From: an uncultured Atopobiaceae bacterium
GTDB lineage: Bacteria > Actinomycetota > Coriobacteriia > Coriobacteriales > Atopobiaceae
Length of the DNA stretch: 57,307 bases
Direction: 5' to 3'
NCBI GenBank assembly: GCA_944321385.1
Contig: CALULC010000001.1
Span: 1 to 57,307, forward strand
Notes under the pieces: generated by a model
What the model was told of the DNA's origin: nothing
The model's database searches: none
Seen by the model: the letters and a program-made list of their open reading frames with translations, nothing else
Part shown: piece after piece, positions 18,597 through 28,356 of the stretch
Layout: each line of letters starts with the position of its first letter
Numbering within the stretch: position 1 is the stretch's first letter
Program-made: the position numbers and the translations under genes

Positions 18597-18881
18597 CTAA
18601 CCCGTAGTCGTAAGCGCCGCCGCTTTGGCCCCGCTACCGTCGTATTCGCAGCTTACATGTGGGGAGTCAACTTCGAACAAGAGATAGGACATCGTCACGT
18701 CCAGGCCAGAGGCAATCCGCCAAATGGTGTCCAACGTGGGCGATTTGCGCCCGTATTCGATGTCCACAAGGTAAGACTTGTCCGCTCCTATGGTGAGAGC
18801 GAACTTCCGCAGGGAGTAGCCGCGCTCAATGCGGAGCTCACGCACCCGCCTGCCAAACGCCTGTCTTACCTCGGTACCCAT
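18597..18881 (-). CDS. XRE-family HTH transcriptional regulator
   Basis: FGRRVRELRIERGYSLRKFA...SYLVDIEYGRKSPTLDTIWRIASGL. Confidence 0.88.
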   Translation of the reverse strand: MGTEVRQAFGRRVRELRIERGYSLRKFALTIGADKSYLVDIEYGRKSPTLDTIWRIASGLDVTMSYLLFEVDSPHVSCEYDGSGAKAAALTTTG

Positions 18882-18968
18882 AAGAGCAGCCTAAGTATTC
18901 AGGCTTTGCAGATGTCAGGCTATAAGCGTACACTCAACATACTGATGGTTGAAATGAGGCTGAATGAG

Positions 18969-19367
18969 ATGAGCGGGACGCCAAGAAAGACGGGTGTGGC
19001 AGCGTCGGGCGTCGCTGGAAGCGACATCAGGCAGATGCGTGCCGCCACGATTCCGTCCTACATGCGTCTTTGCTTCACCCCGGACGGTCCCGTCCGACTG
19101 ACCACTACGGAGGTGCAGATCCTCACCTTCGTGGGTCGCAACGAGGGACACGCGTGCTCCAAGTCCCAGATTGCATCGGCTATTGGCCGCAACGAGAAGA
19201 CGGTCTCCCGCCTGATCTCTCGTCTGCGCCAGTACCAGATTCTGGAGGCCCAGCCGTCCTTCGCGGAGAACGGCGCTCAGCTCGCAAACGTCTATCGCCT
19301 TGCGAGCGGAAGGATGACCAAACCGGAAGAGGCAGCCCACCTTGGCCGAGAGGTCGAGGCGGGTTAA
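18969..19367 (+). CDS. Winged-HTH DNA-binding protein (start uncertain, 18945-19034)
   Basis: LTTTEVQILTFV...CSKSQIASAIGRNEKTVSRLISRLRQYQILE...NVYRL. Divergent from the XRE gene and upstream of the pilus genes. Confidence 0.7.
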   Translation: MSGTPRKTGVAASGVAGSDIRQMRAATIPSYMRLCFTPDGPVRLTTTEVQILTFVGRNEGHACSKSQIASAIGRNEKTVSRLISRLRQYQILEAQPSFAENGAQLANVYRLASGRMTKPEEAAHLGREVEAG

Positions 19368-19491
19368 CTGCACTAGAGGACTCGCCGGCCGAAAGGCTGG
19401 CAGCGCATATGCGGGGCTGAGCACGAGAGCCCCATCGAGAGGCACGACAGGGCGAGAAGAACCACGCTCGCAAAAGGTTCGGAGGAACGAT

Positions 19492-22400
19492 ATGGACGGC
19501 AAGAAGAGAAGCTTCCTGAGCAACGCTTTTAGGGGGGCGCTTGCCCTTGGTATATCGGCGGCGGCACTCGTCGGAGTGTTGATAACGCCCCAAGCAGCCT
19601 TCGCCGAGGACGGGGCCAGCGGCGCGACCGTCAACCTGCACAACTATGAAAATGACGGGACAGGTAGTAACAGCATTAACTACGTTCAAAGTGGCAGAGG
19701 ATACGTCAAGAGGAAATTTCGGTTCAATACCAACACGACGGGCCAGGGCATAAACGATTACTCGAATAGCTCTGCCGTGCATTCGGGAATTCTCGATGAA
19801 CAGCTTGACAGTAGCGGTATGCCGCTTCTTGCTCAGAGGTATGGCGGCGGAAGCCTAGACTACCTCTTTGATGTGGATGACGATAGTACTCGTGCGGCGG
19901 AGCATTATGCTGACGTGCAGGGCCTTTTGACATACGACGAGGAGACCGGGTACTGGTACTACGACAGCGACCTCAATTTTGCGCGGTTTACCCCCTCGGG
20001 AAACTCGGGAACCTTCGAGCTTCAGCACCCTCGCTTCGAGTGGGAGGGCACAAAGGACGGCGTTTCTTACAACCTCGCGGACCCCGACGTCACCATGAAT
20101 AAGGGCGAGGGCTCTTTTATGCCCTTCAACACGTTGACGCGGAATAAAAGCTGGCAGCGGGATGCGGGAATCGCGCGTGTTCCGTATGTAAATAGCCAGG
20201 ACCAGCTTGTCGCTTCTGGTAGTAACGCCGGCGTCATGGGCTATGGCTTAAAGGAGACCGCCGACTATCTGTTCGGCCTTGATATCACGGTGGACAGCTT
20301 CCTCATGCCTCGAGACGGCCAGGTTGCCAATCCGAAGACGGGCGAGCTCGAGGATATGATTTTCGACTTCGTTGGCGATGACGACGTCTGGGTTTATATC
20401 GACGGAAAGCTCGCATTGGACCTTGGCGGAATTCACGACGCCGCATCCGGCAGCATTAACTTCCACACGGGAGAGATCACCGTTAACGGCGAGGTTCAAG
20501 AAGAATCCTTGTGGAATCTGATGGGCGAGGACTTCCGTGAAAGCCCATATGAGTCTCACACGCTCAAGTTCTTTTACTTGGAACGAGGCGCGGGCAGTTC
20601 AAACTGCCGAATCAGATACAACATGCCTACGATTCCCAGCGGCACAATAAACGTTGGCAAGGTTGTGGACTACAGCACCTATAACAACGTCTCTGATCTT
20701 GATTTTGACTTCAAGGTCGAAGTCCAGAATTCCGAGGGGAGCTACGAGCCCTACTCCGGTAAGTATGTCGTGTACAGCATGGATGATCTCAGCGGAAACA
20801 CTCAGCTGAGGGAGGGGAGCACGACGGACGGCACCTTCACGCTCAAGCACAACGAGTGGGCGCAGCTGAAGGACGGGATCACTGACAACACTGTTTATCG
20901 TGTGACCGAGACCGGTATGACGACCGGAGCATATGACGTTGAGCTCGAGGGAACGAGCTACGCTCTTAAGCAGATTACTGATCCGGATGATGCTGATCAT
21001 ATTGGCTTCCAGACGGATGACCTTAACTCGGGCGTCGATAGGTTTGTGACCTTTAGCAACAAGGTGACAGAAAAGAACAAGTTCAACGTTGAGATTAAGA
21101 AGGAAGTCAATCTCGACAAGGACGATACCTTCTACGCCATGGTGATGATTGGCTCCAGGCAGTACACGGGGACATATTTCCTCTATGACTCGGATGACGA
21201 CACTTCCGGAGAGCAGAAAACCACAAATGAGAACGGGCTTATCGAGCTCAAAGCTGGTCAGCATGCTGAGATTCGGGGAATAGTCGGCGGCAACACGGTT
21301 ACCGTTTACGAGGTGAACGCTGACGGAGCGGCATTCAGCAATGAGGACTATCTCGACCCGATGTTCTCTATGGAGAACGGCAGCGGAACGCCCATCAAGG
21401 GTTCCGTGGAGAACGTCACGGATGAGGGTGGTCGAGATGGAATTAAGGCCGAGACTAACGAGGCTGACGCACTTGGAGAGAATCCGGTTCTCAAAGTTGC
21501 CATGACAAACACCTTCAATGGCGTTGAGTTCCAGATTCCGGTTCTGAAAGCGATAGCTGGTCGTGACTGGCGCGAAAGTGACTCGTTCGAATTTGAAATC
21601 GAGCCGGTCTGCGTCGAAGACGGAGCGACCGGGAAGATTGTCGAGTCGATCCCGGCTGTTGAGATGCCTCTGCCGGAGTGTGACGGTGAGGTGCGGACAA
21701 CGCTAACGATTGATAACGAAGATGTCCTGCCGCCAGATGGTGGTCAAATCAGTCCAGAAGCGCAGAAAATGCTGCGATGGGGATACTTCTGTCCAATTAC
21801 GTTCACGGATGGCGGAGACAGCCAGGAAGGCTACTGCTACTACTACAAGGTAACTGAGAAGAAGGCCGATGGAGACACGGACCTGGTCTATGACGAGAGG
21901 ACGTTTCTGGTCGGGATTACCGTGGAGCCGCGCGACGATCCGGATGGAATTGGGTATCCCTTCTATGTTTCTCTGCGGGTCTATGAGCCGCTGAATGGCG
22001 ACGGCGTTTCCACGAACGGAATATCCGTCTCGCCGCGCCCGTTCGTGAACCGCTACGTGTCCCTTACGTTTGCCGGTCTTCAGGAGACCAAGCAGGTCGT
22101 CGGCCACGATGCAGGCGAGGGCGAATTCAGCTTCACCGTGACGGCGCGTGGCGATGAGGCCACAGGCACCTCTGCCGACGAGGCAGCCGATCTTGCCGAC
22201 CTTTCTGGGCTTGCGGAAGAGCTTGGGGGAACGTTCCAGGACAACGTCTTGACCTTCAGCAATGGGGGCTCGATCGACACGACCGAGCCGCGTACGGTCC
22301 GAACCGCCAATGAGCTCACGCTGACCGCCGCAAATGTTGGCCACACCTACGTGTACGAGTACGCAGAGGTTCTCGGTGAGGACAGCAAGTGGCATCAGGA

Positions 22401-23139
22401 AGAGGAGACGACTTGGCGTGTCTCTGTTGCCGTGAGCTGGGCCGACGAGAGTGCAAAGGATGACATCAAGGCCACTCTGACTCTTGAGAAGAAGGTGGGC
22501 AACGGCGGCTGGGAGGATGTGGAAACTGCGACCTTCAAGTCCTCTGATGAGAAGCATGCTGAACCGCTGACGGTCTCCTTCACTAACGTGTACAACATCT
22601 ACAACCTTGACATCTTCAAGGGTGAGATGGCCGTGGATGAAGATGGCAACTTTATTCCAGATGATCAGGACAGACCTTACGCTGACCCACACAGCCCCCT
22701 GTCGGGTGCCGAGTTTACGCTCTACAGCGACGAGGACTGCACAATCGAAGTCAGCAAGGGAACCACGAGCAGTGGAAATGATGGAGTTGCCGAGGGTCAT
22801 GTAATCCTCAAGGGACTTGAAGAGGGGGAGACCTACTACCTCAAGGAGACAAAGGTTCCTTCTGGATATCAGCTTCTTGGCAAAACTATCACCATTGAAG
22901 TTGGACGAAACGAGGCCACCTTTACTATCCCTGGTGACGAGGGTGAGAAGCCGATAGAAAAGACCGTTCCGCTTGATACGAATACGGCTACTTACAGCTT
23001 CTCGGTCGCAAACAAGCCGCTGCCCGATCTCCCGTCCTCCGGCTCCAACGGAACGCTCCTCATGATGTCTACCGGCTTCGCTGCGATTGTCCTCGCCGGA
23101 GCCTACCTGAGCAAGAGGTTCGGACACCTCTGGAACTAG
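19492..23139 (+). CDS. Pilus tip adhesin / surface protein (fibro-slime/PA14-like, FctA-like and SpaA-like domains; LPSSG sorting signal)
   Basis: Signal peptide, FVGDDDVWVYIDGKLALDLGGIH, FFYLERG...SNC, KAIAGRDW...FEF, YYYKVTE, GAEFTLY, YYLKETKVPSGY, then LPSSG + TM + basic tail. Confidence 0.85.
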   Translation: MDGKKRSFLSNAFRGALALGISAAALVGVLITPQAAFAEDGASGATVNLHNYENDGTGSNSINYVQSGRGYVKRKFRFNTNTTGQGINDYSNSSAVHSGILDEQLDSSGMPLLAQRYGGGSLDYLFDVDDDSTRAAEHYADVQGLLTYDEETGYWYYDSDLNFARFTPSGNSGTFELQHPRFEWEGTKDGVSYNLADPDVTMNKGEGSFMPFNTLTRNKSWQRDAGIARVPYVNSQDQLVASGSNAGVMGYGLKETADYLFGLDITVDSFLMPRDGQVANPKTGELEDMIFDFVGDDDVWVYIDGKLALDLGGIHDAASGSINFHTGEITVNGEVQEESLWNLMGEDFRESPYESHTLKFFYLERGAGSSNCRIRYNMPTIPSGTINVGKVVDYSTYNNVSDLDFDFKVEVQNSEGSYEPYSGKYVVYSMDDLSGNTQLREGSTTDGTFTLKHNEWAQLKDGITDNTVYRVTETGMTTGAYDVELEGTSYALKQITDPDDADHIGFQTDDLNSGVDRFVTFSNKVTEKNKFNVEIKKEVNLDKDDTFYAMVMIGSRQYTGTYFLYDSDDDTSGEQKTTNENGLIELKAGQHAEIRGIVGGNTVTVYEVNADGAAFSNEDYLDPMFSMENGSGTPIKGSVENVTDEGGRDGIKAETNEADALGENPVLKVAMTNTFNGVEFQIPVLKAIAGRDWRESDSFEFEIEPVCVEDGATGKIVESIPAVEMPLPECDGEVRTTLTIDNEDVLPPDGGQISPEAQKMLRWGYFCPITFTDGGDSQEGYCYYYKVTEKKADGDTDLVYDERTFLVGITVEPRDDPDGIGYPFYVSLRVYEPLNGDGVSTNGISVSPRPFVNRYVSLTFAGLQETKQVVGHDAGEGEFSFTVTARGDEATGTSADEAADLADLSGLAEELGGTFQDNVLTFSNGGSIDTTEPRTVRTANELTLTAANVGHTYVYEYAEVLGEDSKWHQEEETTWRVSVAVSWADESAKDDIKATLTLEKKVGNGGWEDVETATFKSSDEKHAEPLTVSFTNVYNIYNLDIFKGEMAVDEDGNFIPDDQDRPYADPHSPLSGAEFTLYSDEDCTIEVSKGTTSSGNDGVAEGHVILKGLEEGETYYLKETKVPSGYQLLGKTITIEVGRNEATFTIPGDEGEKPIEKTVPLDTNTATYSFSVANKPLPDLPSSGSNGTLLMMSTGFAAIVLAGAYLSKRFGHLWN

Positions 23140-23142
23140 CTT

Positions 23143-23172
23143 GAGCCCGGCTCCGCTGAAAGGCGGGGCCGG
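23143..23172 (+). terminator. Intergenic hairpin after the adhesin
   Basis: cccggctccgc-tgaaa-ggcggggccggg with no U tract; may be an attenuating or stabilising stem. Confidence 0.45.
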
Positions 23173-23281
23173 GAGGAGAGGCAACTCACGTCCGGGAACA
23201 TCCGGACGGTGTTGATAAACGAGTAAGTAAGTGTTGGTTTGTGGGCAATGCCGACATAGGGTCGGTGAAAGGAGAAGAAAA

Positions 23282-24715
23282 ATGGCTCACATCAAGAACA
23301 GGCTGAGGGGGCTGCTTGTCGCTTTCGTGGCGCTCGTTGCCGCTCTCGCCATCGTCCCGGGCGTGGCCCAGGCCGAGCCGACGTCGTGGACCGGCGGCGA
23401 GACCAAGACCATCACGGTCAGCAACCTCCAGCCGGGCGACGTGGTGACCCTTTACAAGGTCGCTGACGTTCAGCTCAACGACGACAACACCACCACGCTT
23501 GTCGTCCAGACCGGCTTCGAGCAGGGTACGGTTAATGCGTACCTCGACGCCGAGGGCGCTGATGCTGTCAAGGCCGCCGCCGAGGACGTCTGGGAGGACC
23601 GCGGCGATGCGACTCCGTTCGGTAACGCTGCTACGGTTCAGACCGGCCAGACCTCCGTCACCTTCAGCAACGTCGACGCTGGTCTCTATCTCGTCGACGT
23701 CGCTCCCGCGGACGAGTCGGTGACGTACCAGGCGACGATCGTTGCCATGAGCCCGGTCGCCGTCGAGGGCACCACTGACTGGACCTTCGATGACGCCTAC
23801 ATCGACCTCAAGAAGACCACCGAGACGCTCGACAAGAAGATCACCGGCGGCGCCGTTGAGGTTGCTGCTGACGGCAGCCTCGGTTACGCCATGGTCGGCG
23901 ACGAGGTCACCTTCCAGGTTACCTTCGAGATCAACGCCAACCAGAGCGAGTTCGTCCTTACCGATACCATGAGCACTGGCCTCACCTTCACCGGCGCCGA
24001 TGACGTCGTGCTGTACAAGAACGGTGAGCCTGTCCCCGCCGCGGGCGTCTATACCGTCGCTGGCAACGAGGGCGATCAGTCCTTCACGGTCACCTTTGAC
24101 CCTGAGTGGCTCCAGAAGAAGAGCTCCAACGGCACTTCGGTCAACGCCGGTACCTACACCATCGAGTACAAGGGCCTCATCACTCCTGACGCCACGCTTG
24201 ACGGCGTGACCAACACGGTCACCTCGACCAACAACACCGATGGCGACACCGTTACCGTCAAATTCGTCGGCTTCGGCATCGTCAAGTACGGTGATGCTAA
24301 CAAGAACAGCCGTTACGACGAGGGCGAGGAGCTCCTGAGCGGCGCCGAGTTCGCGCTCTACTACGACCAGGCCTGCCAGAACCCCGTCTACAAGAAGGAC
24401 GGCACGACTCAGGTCACCCTTAAGACCGTCGACGGCAAGGCTTCCACTGACAAGGACACGCTCCTCGAGCCTGGCACCTACTACCTCAAGGAGACCGCTG
24501 CTCCGTCCGGCTACCAGATCGTGACCAACCCGATTAAGATTGATGTCACCACTGAGGGCGGTACCTTCAACATTCCCAACGTCGCCTCCACCGACCACGA
24601 GGGCATTGAGCTTCCGACCACCGGTGGCGCGGGCACCGTCGCCCTGACCGCTGCGGGCGTCGTGATCGTTGCGGGCGCCGCAGCCTTCATCGTTCGCTCC
24701 CGTAAGGAGAACTAG
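23282..24715 (+). CDS. Major (backbone) pilin, SpaH/EbpB-like, LPXTG
   Basis: Signal peptide, GLYLV, pilin lysine region IDLKK, LTDTMSTGL, GAEFALY, E-box YYLKETAAPSGY, then LPTTGGAG + TM + RSRKEN. Confidence 0.88.
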   Translation: MAHIKNRLRGLLVAFVALVAALAIVPGVAQAEPTSWTGGETKTITVSNLQPGDVVTLYKVADVQLNDDNTTTLVVQTGFEQGTVNAYLDAEGADAVKAAAEDVWEDRGDATPFGNAATVQTGQTSVTFSNVDAGLYLVDVAPADESVTYQATIVAMSPVAVEGTTDWTFDDAYIDLKKTTETLDKKITGGAVEVAADGSLGYAMVGDEVTFQVTFEINANQSEFVLTDTMSTGLTFTGADDVVLYKNGEPVPAAGVYTVAGNEGDQSFTVTFDPEWLQKKSSNGTSVNAGTYTIEYKGLITPDATLDGVTNTVTSTNNTDGDTVTVKFVGFGIVKYGDANKNSRYDEGEELLSGAEFALYYDQACQNPVYKKDGTTQVTLKTVDGKASTDKDTLLEPGTYYLKETAAPSGYQIVTNPIKIDVTTEGGTFNIPNVASTDHEGIELPTTGGAGTVALTAAGVVIVAGAAAFIVRSRKEN

Positions 24716-24755
24716 TCTCTGATCAGCGCTTTGTCGCGCGATTGACGAGCTAGGC

Positions 24756-24789
24756 GACCCGGCCCCCAGTTGGGGGCCGGGTCATTTTG
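24756..24789 (+). terminator. Rho-independent terminator
   Basis: gacccggccccc-agtt-gggggccgggtc followed by atttt. Confidence 0.75.
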
Positions 24790-24866
24790 CACCGTTGTCA
24801 ACACGCCGCGGCAATCCGCGGCAAGAGGGCGGTCCGGACGCCGCCCGAGTCCACCGGGGAGGCCGG

Positions 24867-25955
24867 ATGTCACGCAACAATGGAGGAGAGCCTGCTTCGG
24901 ATAAGAAGCGCGGTCAAACTTGGGTCCGAGTCATAGTTGCCGTTCTCGCCCTTCTCGTTGGGGCTGCGTTTATCGCCTACCCCTTTGTGAGCGACGCTGT
25001 TAACCAGGCGCGGGAGCGAGAGGTCGTCGAGACGACGATCCAGAGCGTCTACAACACCGACGAGGCCACGCTCGAGGCGGAGCGCGAGCGCGCCTACGAG
25101 TACAACAAGCGCCTCCTCGACGGGCGCGCCGTGGTCACCGACCCCTTCGACCCGGACGCCGAGCGCCCCAACGACGAGGATTACAACGAGGCGCTCAACC
25201 TCTCTGGCGATGGTGTGATGTGCACCATCAACATTCCCAAGATTCAGCTTGAGCTGCCCGTCTACCACACCACCGACGAATCGGTCCTCTCCCACGGCGT
25301 TGGCCACCTCCAGGGAACATCGCTGCCCATCGGGGGAGACTCCTCCCATTGCGTGCTCTCCGGCCACACCGGCCTTCCTACCATGAAGATCTTCGACAAC
25401 CTCGACCAGCTCGAGGTCGGGGATTACTTCGTCATCTCGGTGCTGGGCGAGGACCACGCCTACGAGGTGACGTCAATCGAGGTCGTGCTTCCCGACGAGA
25501 CGGATTCTCTTGTCATCGAGCGCGGTCGAGACCTTTGCACGCTCGTCACCTGCACGCCCTACGGCATAAACTCCCACCGCCTTCTCGTTCACGCCGAGCG
25601 CTGCGAGGTCCCGGACGAGTGGCTCAACAAGGGCGACGCAGACTTCCCCTCCGGCTACGCCGCACCGCCCGACAAGGCGCTGCTGCCCTCCGTCCTTCTC
25701 GGCCTGGCTCTTGCTGCCGGTATCATCGGGCTGTGGCTGCTCATTTCCTGGCTGCGTCGCAGGAAGCGTGAGGAGGATGCGTCCGCGGGCAAGCACTTCG
25801 AAGGGAACGTCGTCGTGACTCGAGGCCGCAGGGCTGGTGGTTCTTCTCGCCAGGAGAAGCCGTCGGACACTGCGGACATAGGGTTCATCTCCGCGCTTGA
25901 CGGCAGGAAGCCTGATGGTCGCACGCCCCGCGAGGGGAGGGAGCGCCGTGGCTAG
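24867..25955 (+). CDS. srtC: Class C (pilus) sortase
   Basis: N-terminal TM, lid DPF, GHLQGTSLPIGG, SGHTG, TLVTCTPYGINSHRLLV and C-terminal TM. Confidence 0.92.
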   Translation: MSRNNGGEPASDKKRGQTWVRVIVAVLALLVGAAFIAYPFVSDAVNQAREREVVETTIQSVYNTDEATLEAERERAYEYNKRLLDGRAVVTDPFDPDAERPNDEDYNEALNLSGDGVMCTINIPKIQLELPVYHTTDESVLSHGVGHLQGTSLPIGGDSSHCVLSGHTGLPTMKIFDNLDQLEVGDYFVISVLGEDHAYEVTSIEVVLPDETDSLVIERGRDLCTLVTCTPYGINSHRLLVHAERCEVPDEWLNKGDADFPSGYAAPPDKALLPSVLLGLALAAGIIGLWLLISWLRRRKREEDASAGKHFEGNVVVTRGRRAGGSSRQEKPSDTADIGFISALDGRKPDGRTPREGRERRG

Positions 25956-26934
25956 CCACCTCGCCGAGCCTGGGCGGCCCTCCGCCAAGGGGAAGACGTC
26001 AGCGGGAAGGCGCCACTTGGCGTCAGTCTCCATCGCGCTCGTTCTTCTGATCATTGGCGCGGCAATGCTCGTGTACCCGGCGTTCTCCGCTGTCATGGCG
26101 CAGGAGGACGTGATTCGGCAGGTTCGCGAGTACGGCGCCGGGCAGGCCGTCTGGGACGAGGCGGAGAGCTCCGTGGGAGAGGGGGATTCCGACCAGGAGT
26201 TCCGCCCCAAGAAAGGCGACCCCATCTACGAGGCGCTCGCTGAGTACAACGAGCGCGTTCGCGAGGGCGAGGGGGACCTGATCAACGATCCCTTTGCCAC
26301 GGAGGGAGGAGGGATTTCCGCCCTCGGCGTGCCGGAGGGGCTCATTGGCACCATCGAGGTTCCGAGCATGAGCGTCACGCTTCCGCTCTATCTTGGTGCG
26401 ACAGCGGACAATCTCTCTCGTGGGGCCACGGTCATTGCCGGCACGTCCATGCCCATAGGCGGGGAGTCCACAAACTGCGCCATCGCCGCTCATCGCGGGG
26501 GTATCTGGTCTGGCTTCCAGATGTTCCGCGACATCGAGGAGATGAAGGAGGGCGACACGGTGACCGTCACCACGCCGTGGGAGCGCCTCACGTACCAGGT
26601 TGTGGGTATTGCCGTGGTGGATCCGAGCGACGTGGAGTCCCTGGAGATCCAGGAGGGGCGCGACATGCTGACGCTGCTCACGTGCCACCCCTACGGCGTT
26701 TCCTCGGACCGCTACCTCGTGTACTGCGAGCGCGTTGACAACGCGGACGCGCAGGAGAGTCCCGGCGTGCTCGAGCGTGCGATTGCGGCGCTGCTGCCGG
26801 CGCCGGCTGAGGATTCCCCTTCGTCCACGATTGAGTTTTGGCTTAAGGTTGCTGGGCTTGCGATCGTTGGCGTAGTGATCGTGGTGCTTGCGGTGGATTT
26901 GGTGCGCACGCTGGTGGCTCGCTCACGGACGTGA
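25948..26934 (+). CDS. srtC: Second class C sortase
   Basis: Lid DPF, GTSMPIGG, AAHRG and TLLTCHPYGVSSDRYLV. GTG start overlaps the previous stop. Confidence 0.9.
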   Translation: MASHLAEPGRPSAKGKTSAGRRHLASVSIALVLLIIGAAMLVYPAFSAVMAQEDVIRQVREYGAGQAVWDEAESSVGEGDSDQEFRPKKGDPIYEALAEYNERVREGEGDLINDPFATEGGGISALGVPEGLIGTIEVPSMSVTLPLYLGATADNLSRGATVIAGTSMPIGGESTNCAIAAHRGGIWSGFQMFRDIEEMKEGDTVTVTTPWERLTYQVVGIAVVDPSDVESLEIQEGRDMLTLLTCHPYGVSSDRYLVYCERVDNADAQESPGVLERAIAALLPAPAEDSPSSTIEFWLKVAGLAIVGVVIVVLAVDLVRTLVARSRT

Positions 26935-26982
26935 CGGCGAGCGCGCGTCGCGCGGGGCGGGGCGCAGTGTGGGGCGCGGCTT

Positions 26983-27378
26983 GCTTAGGGTTTCTCGCCT
27001 TTGGAGGGAACGGCCGCAGGGGCGCTTAAACAACGGCGCCGTTGGAGCCCTTCTCTGATTTTGCGCTTAGCTTTTGGTGCTGTTGGAGGGCGGGGGCGTT
27101 GGGGCGCTTAGCGTTTCTCGCCATTGGAGGGAGGGAGAGAACGTCGGCCTCCAGCGGCGCCAAAGTTTAAGCGTCTTTCGCGTGCGGCACTCCAATGGTG
27201 CCGATCTCTAAGCGCCCGCCGCCCACGGCCCTCCAACGCAGGCAATCCCTAAGCGATTTCCGCTCACGGCCCTCCAATGCTGGCAATCCCTAAGCGCTAT
27301 CTGGCCGTGACCCTCCAGCGTCGCCAATCCCTAAGCGCCCGCCGCCCACGGCCCTCCAACGGTGGCAAATCATAAACG
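26983..27378. repeat. 41-bp-period convergent array 1 (4 forward + 6 reverse units)
   Basis: CTTA-N14-TGGAG-N18 x4, 19-bp centre, CTCCA-N14-TAA(G/A)-N18 x6; spacings counted by hand. Confidence 0.92.
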
Positions 27379-27399
27379 CCTCGCGCCCGCAACGCGCCC

Positions 27400-28356
27400 C
27401 TACGACAGCGCCCGAGTCACGCGGACGCGGAAATAGTCCATGAACCTCGCCGCGTCGACCTCCAGGGCAACCTCGCAGCTCTTCTCGGCGTCGCGCAGGC
27501 GGTCGGGGTCGCAGACGGTGCGCCCGCGCGTTGGCCCCTCGAGGTCCACGCACAGGTTGGCCGACAGGCAGCGTACCAGGCTGGGGTCCAGCGCCGCCGC
27601 CACGGCAAGCGGATCGTGCAGGGCGCATCCTCCCAGCTGCGGGTTGTTCTGCCGGTAGATGGTGATGTAGTGGTCGACCATGTCCGCGAAGAAGCGCGCG
27701 GCGGGCGTACCCAGATTGCGCCAGGCGGCGGTGTCGTCGCGCGTGAGGACCACTTGATGCGTGACGTCGAGGCCGATCATCCTTGTCTTCAGGCCTCCGC
27801 GAAGCACGGCGTCTGCCGCGGTCGGGTCATTTGCGATGTTGGCCTCGGCGCACGGCGTAACGTTGCCGGGAACGGCGAGCGCCCCACCCATGAAGGTCAC
27901 GCGACCGAGCGCGCCTCCAAGGCCGGACACGTTCACAAGCTCCGTCGCAAGGTTGGTGAGAGGGCCCGTGGCAACATATTCCACGTCGTCGCCGCGCGTT
28001 GCGACCTCACGAAGATAGCCAAGGGCGCTCTGTGGCGCCATTCGGCACCAGCCCCGCACCGATGCGCCGCCGAGGCCATTCTCTCCGTGGATGCGCCGCA
28101 CGCCGGCAGACGGAGCAAACGGGGCGGTTGCGTCTAGGGCGCGGTCCGCGCCGGAAAACACGGGGACCTCGGGATGGCCGAGAAGATCGAGCACGGCACA
28201 GGTGTTTCTGACCACAGTCCGCATGGACACGTTTCCGTAGGAGCAGATGACGGCTGCAACCTCAACGCCGGGGCTGCCAAGGGCGTAGGCGAGGGCGAGC
28301 GCGTCGTCCACGCCGGTGTCCAGGTCTAGAATCAGCCTTCTTCTTGCCTCGCTCAT
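27400..28356 (-). CDS. Nucleoside hydrolase (IUNH family)
   Basis: DLDTGVDDALAL, IHGENGLG, ATGPLTN, GNVTPCAEAN, GLDVT and LHDPLA. Confidence 0.92.
   Translation of the reverse strand: MSEARRRLILDLDTGVDDALALAYALGSPGVEVAAVICSYGNVSMRTVVRNTCAVLDLLGHPEVPVFSGADRALDATAPFAPSAGVRRIHGENGLGGASVRGWCRMAPQSALGYLREVATRGDDVEYVATGPLTNLATELVNVSGLGGALGRVTFMGGALAVPGNVTPCAEANIANDPTAADAVLRGGLKTRMIGLDVTHQVVLTRDDTAAWRNLGTPAARFFADMVDHYITIYRQNNPQLGGCALHDPLAVAAALDPSLVRCLSANLCVDLEGPTRGRTVCDPDRLRDAEKSCEVALEVDAARFMDYFRVRVTRALS

Noticed and set aside
18330-26960. Imperfect inverted repeat (gcgccccgcgtccgcgcgc versus gcgcgcgtcgcgcggggcg) as ends of the pilus island
   Set aside because: Short, low-complexity GC sequence that is likely to match by chance in this genome.
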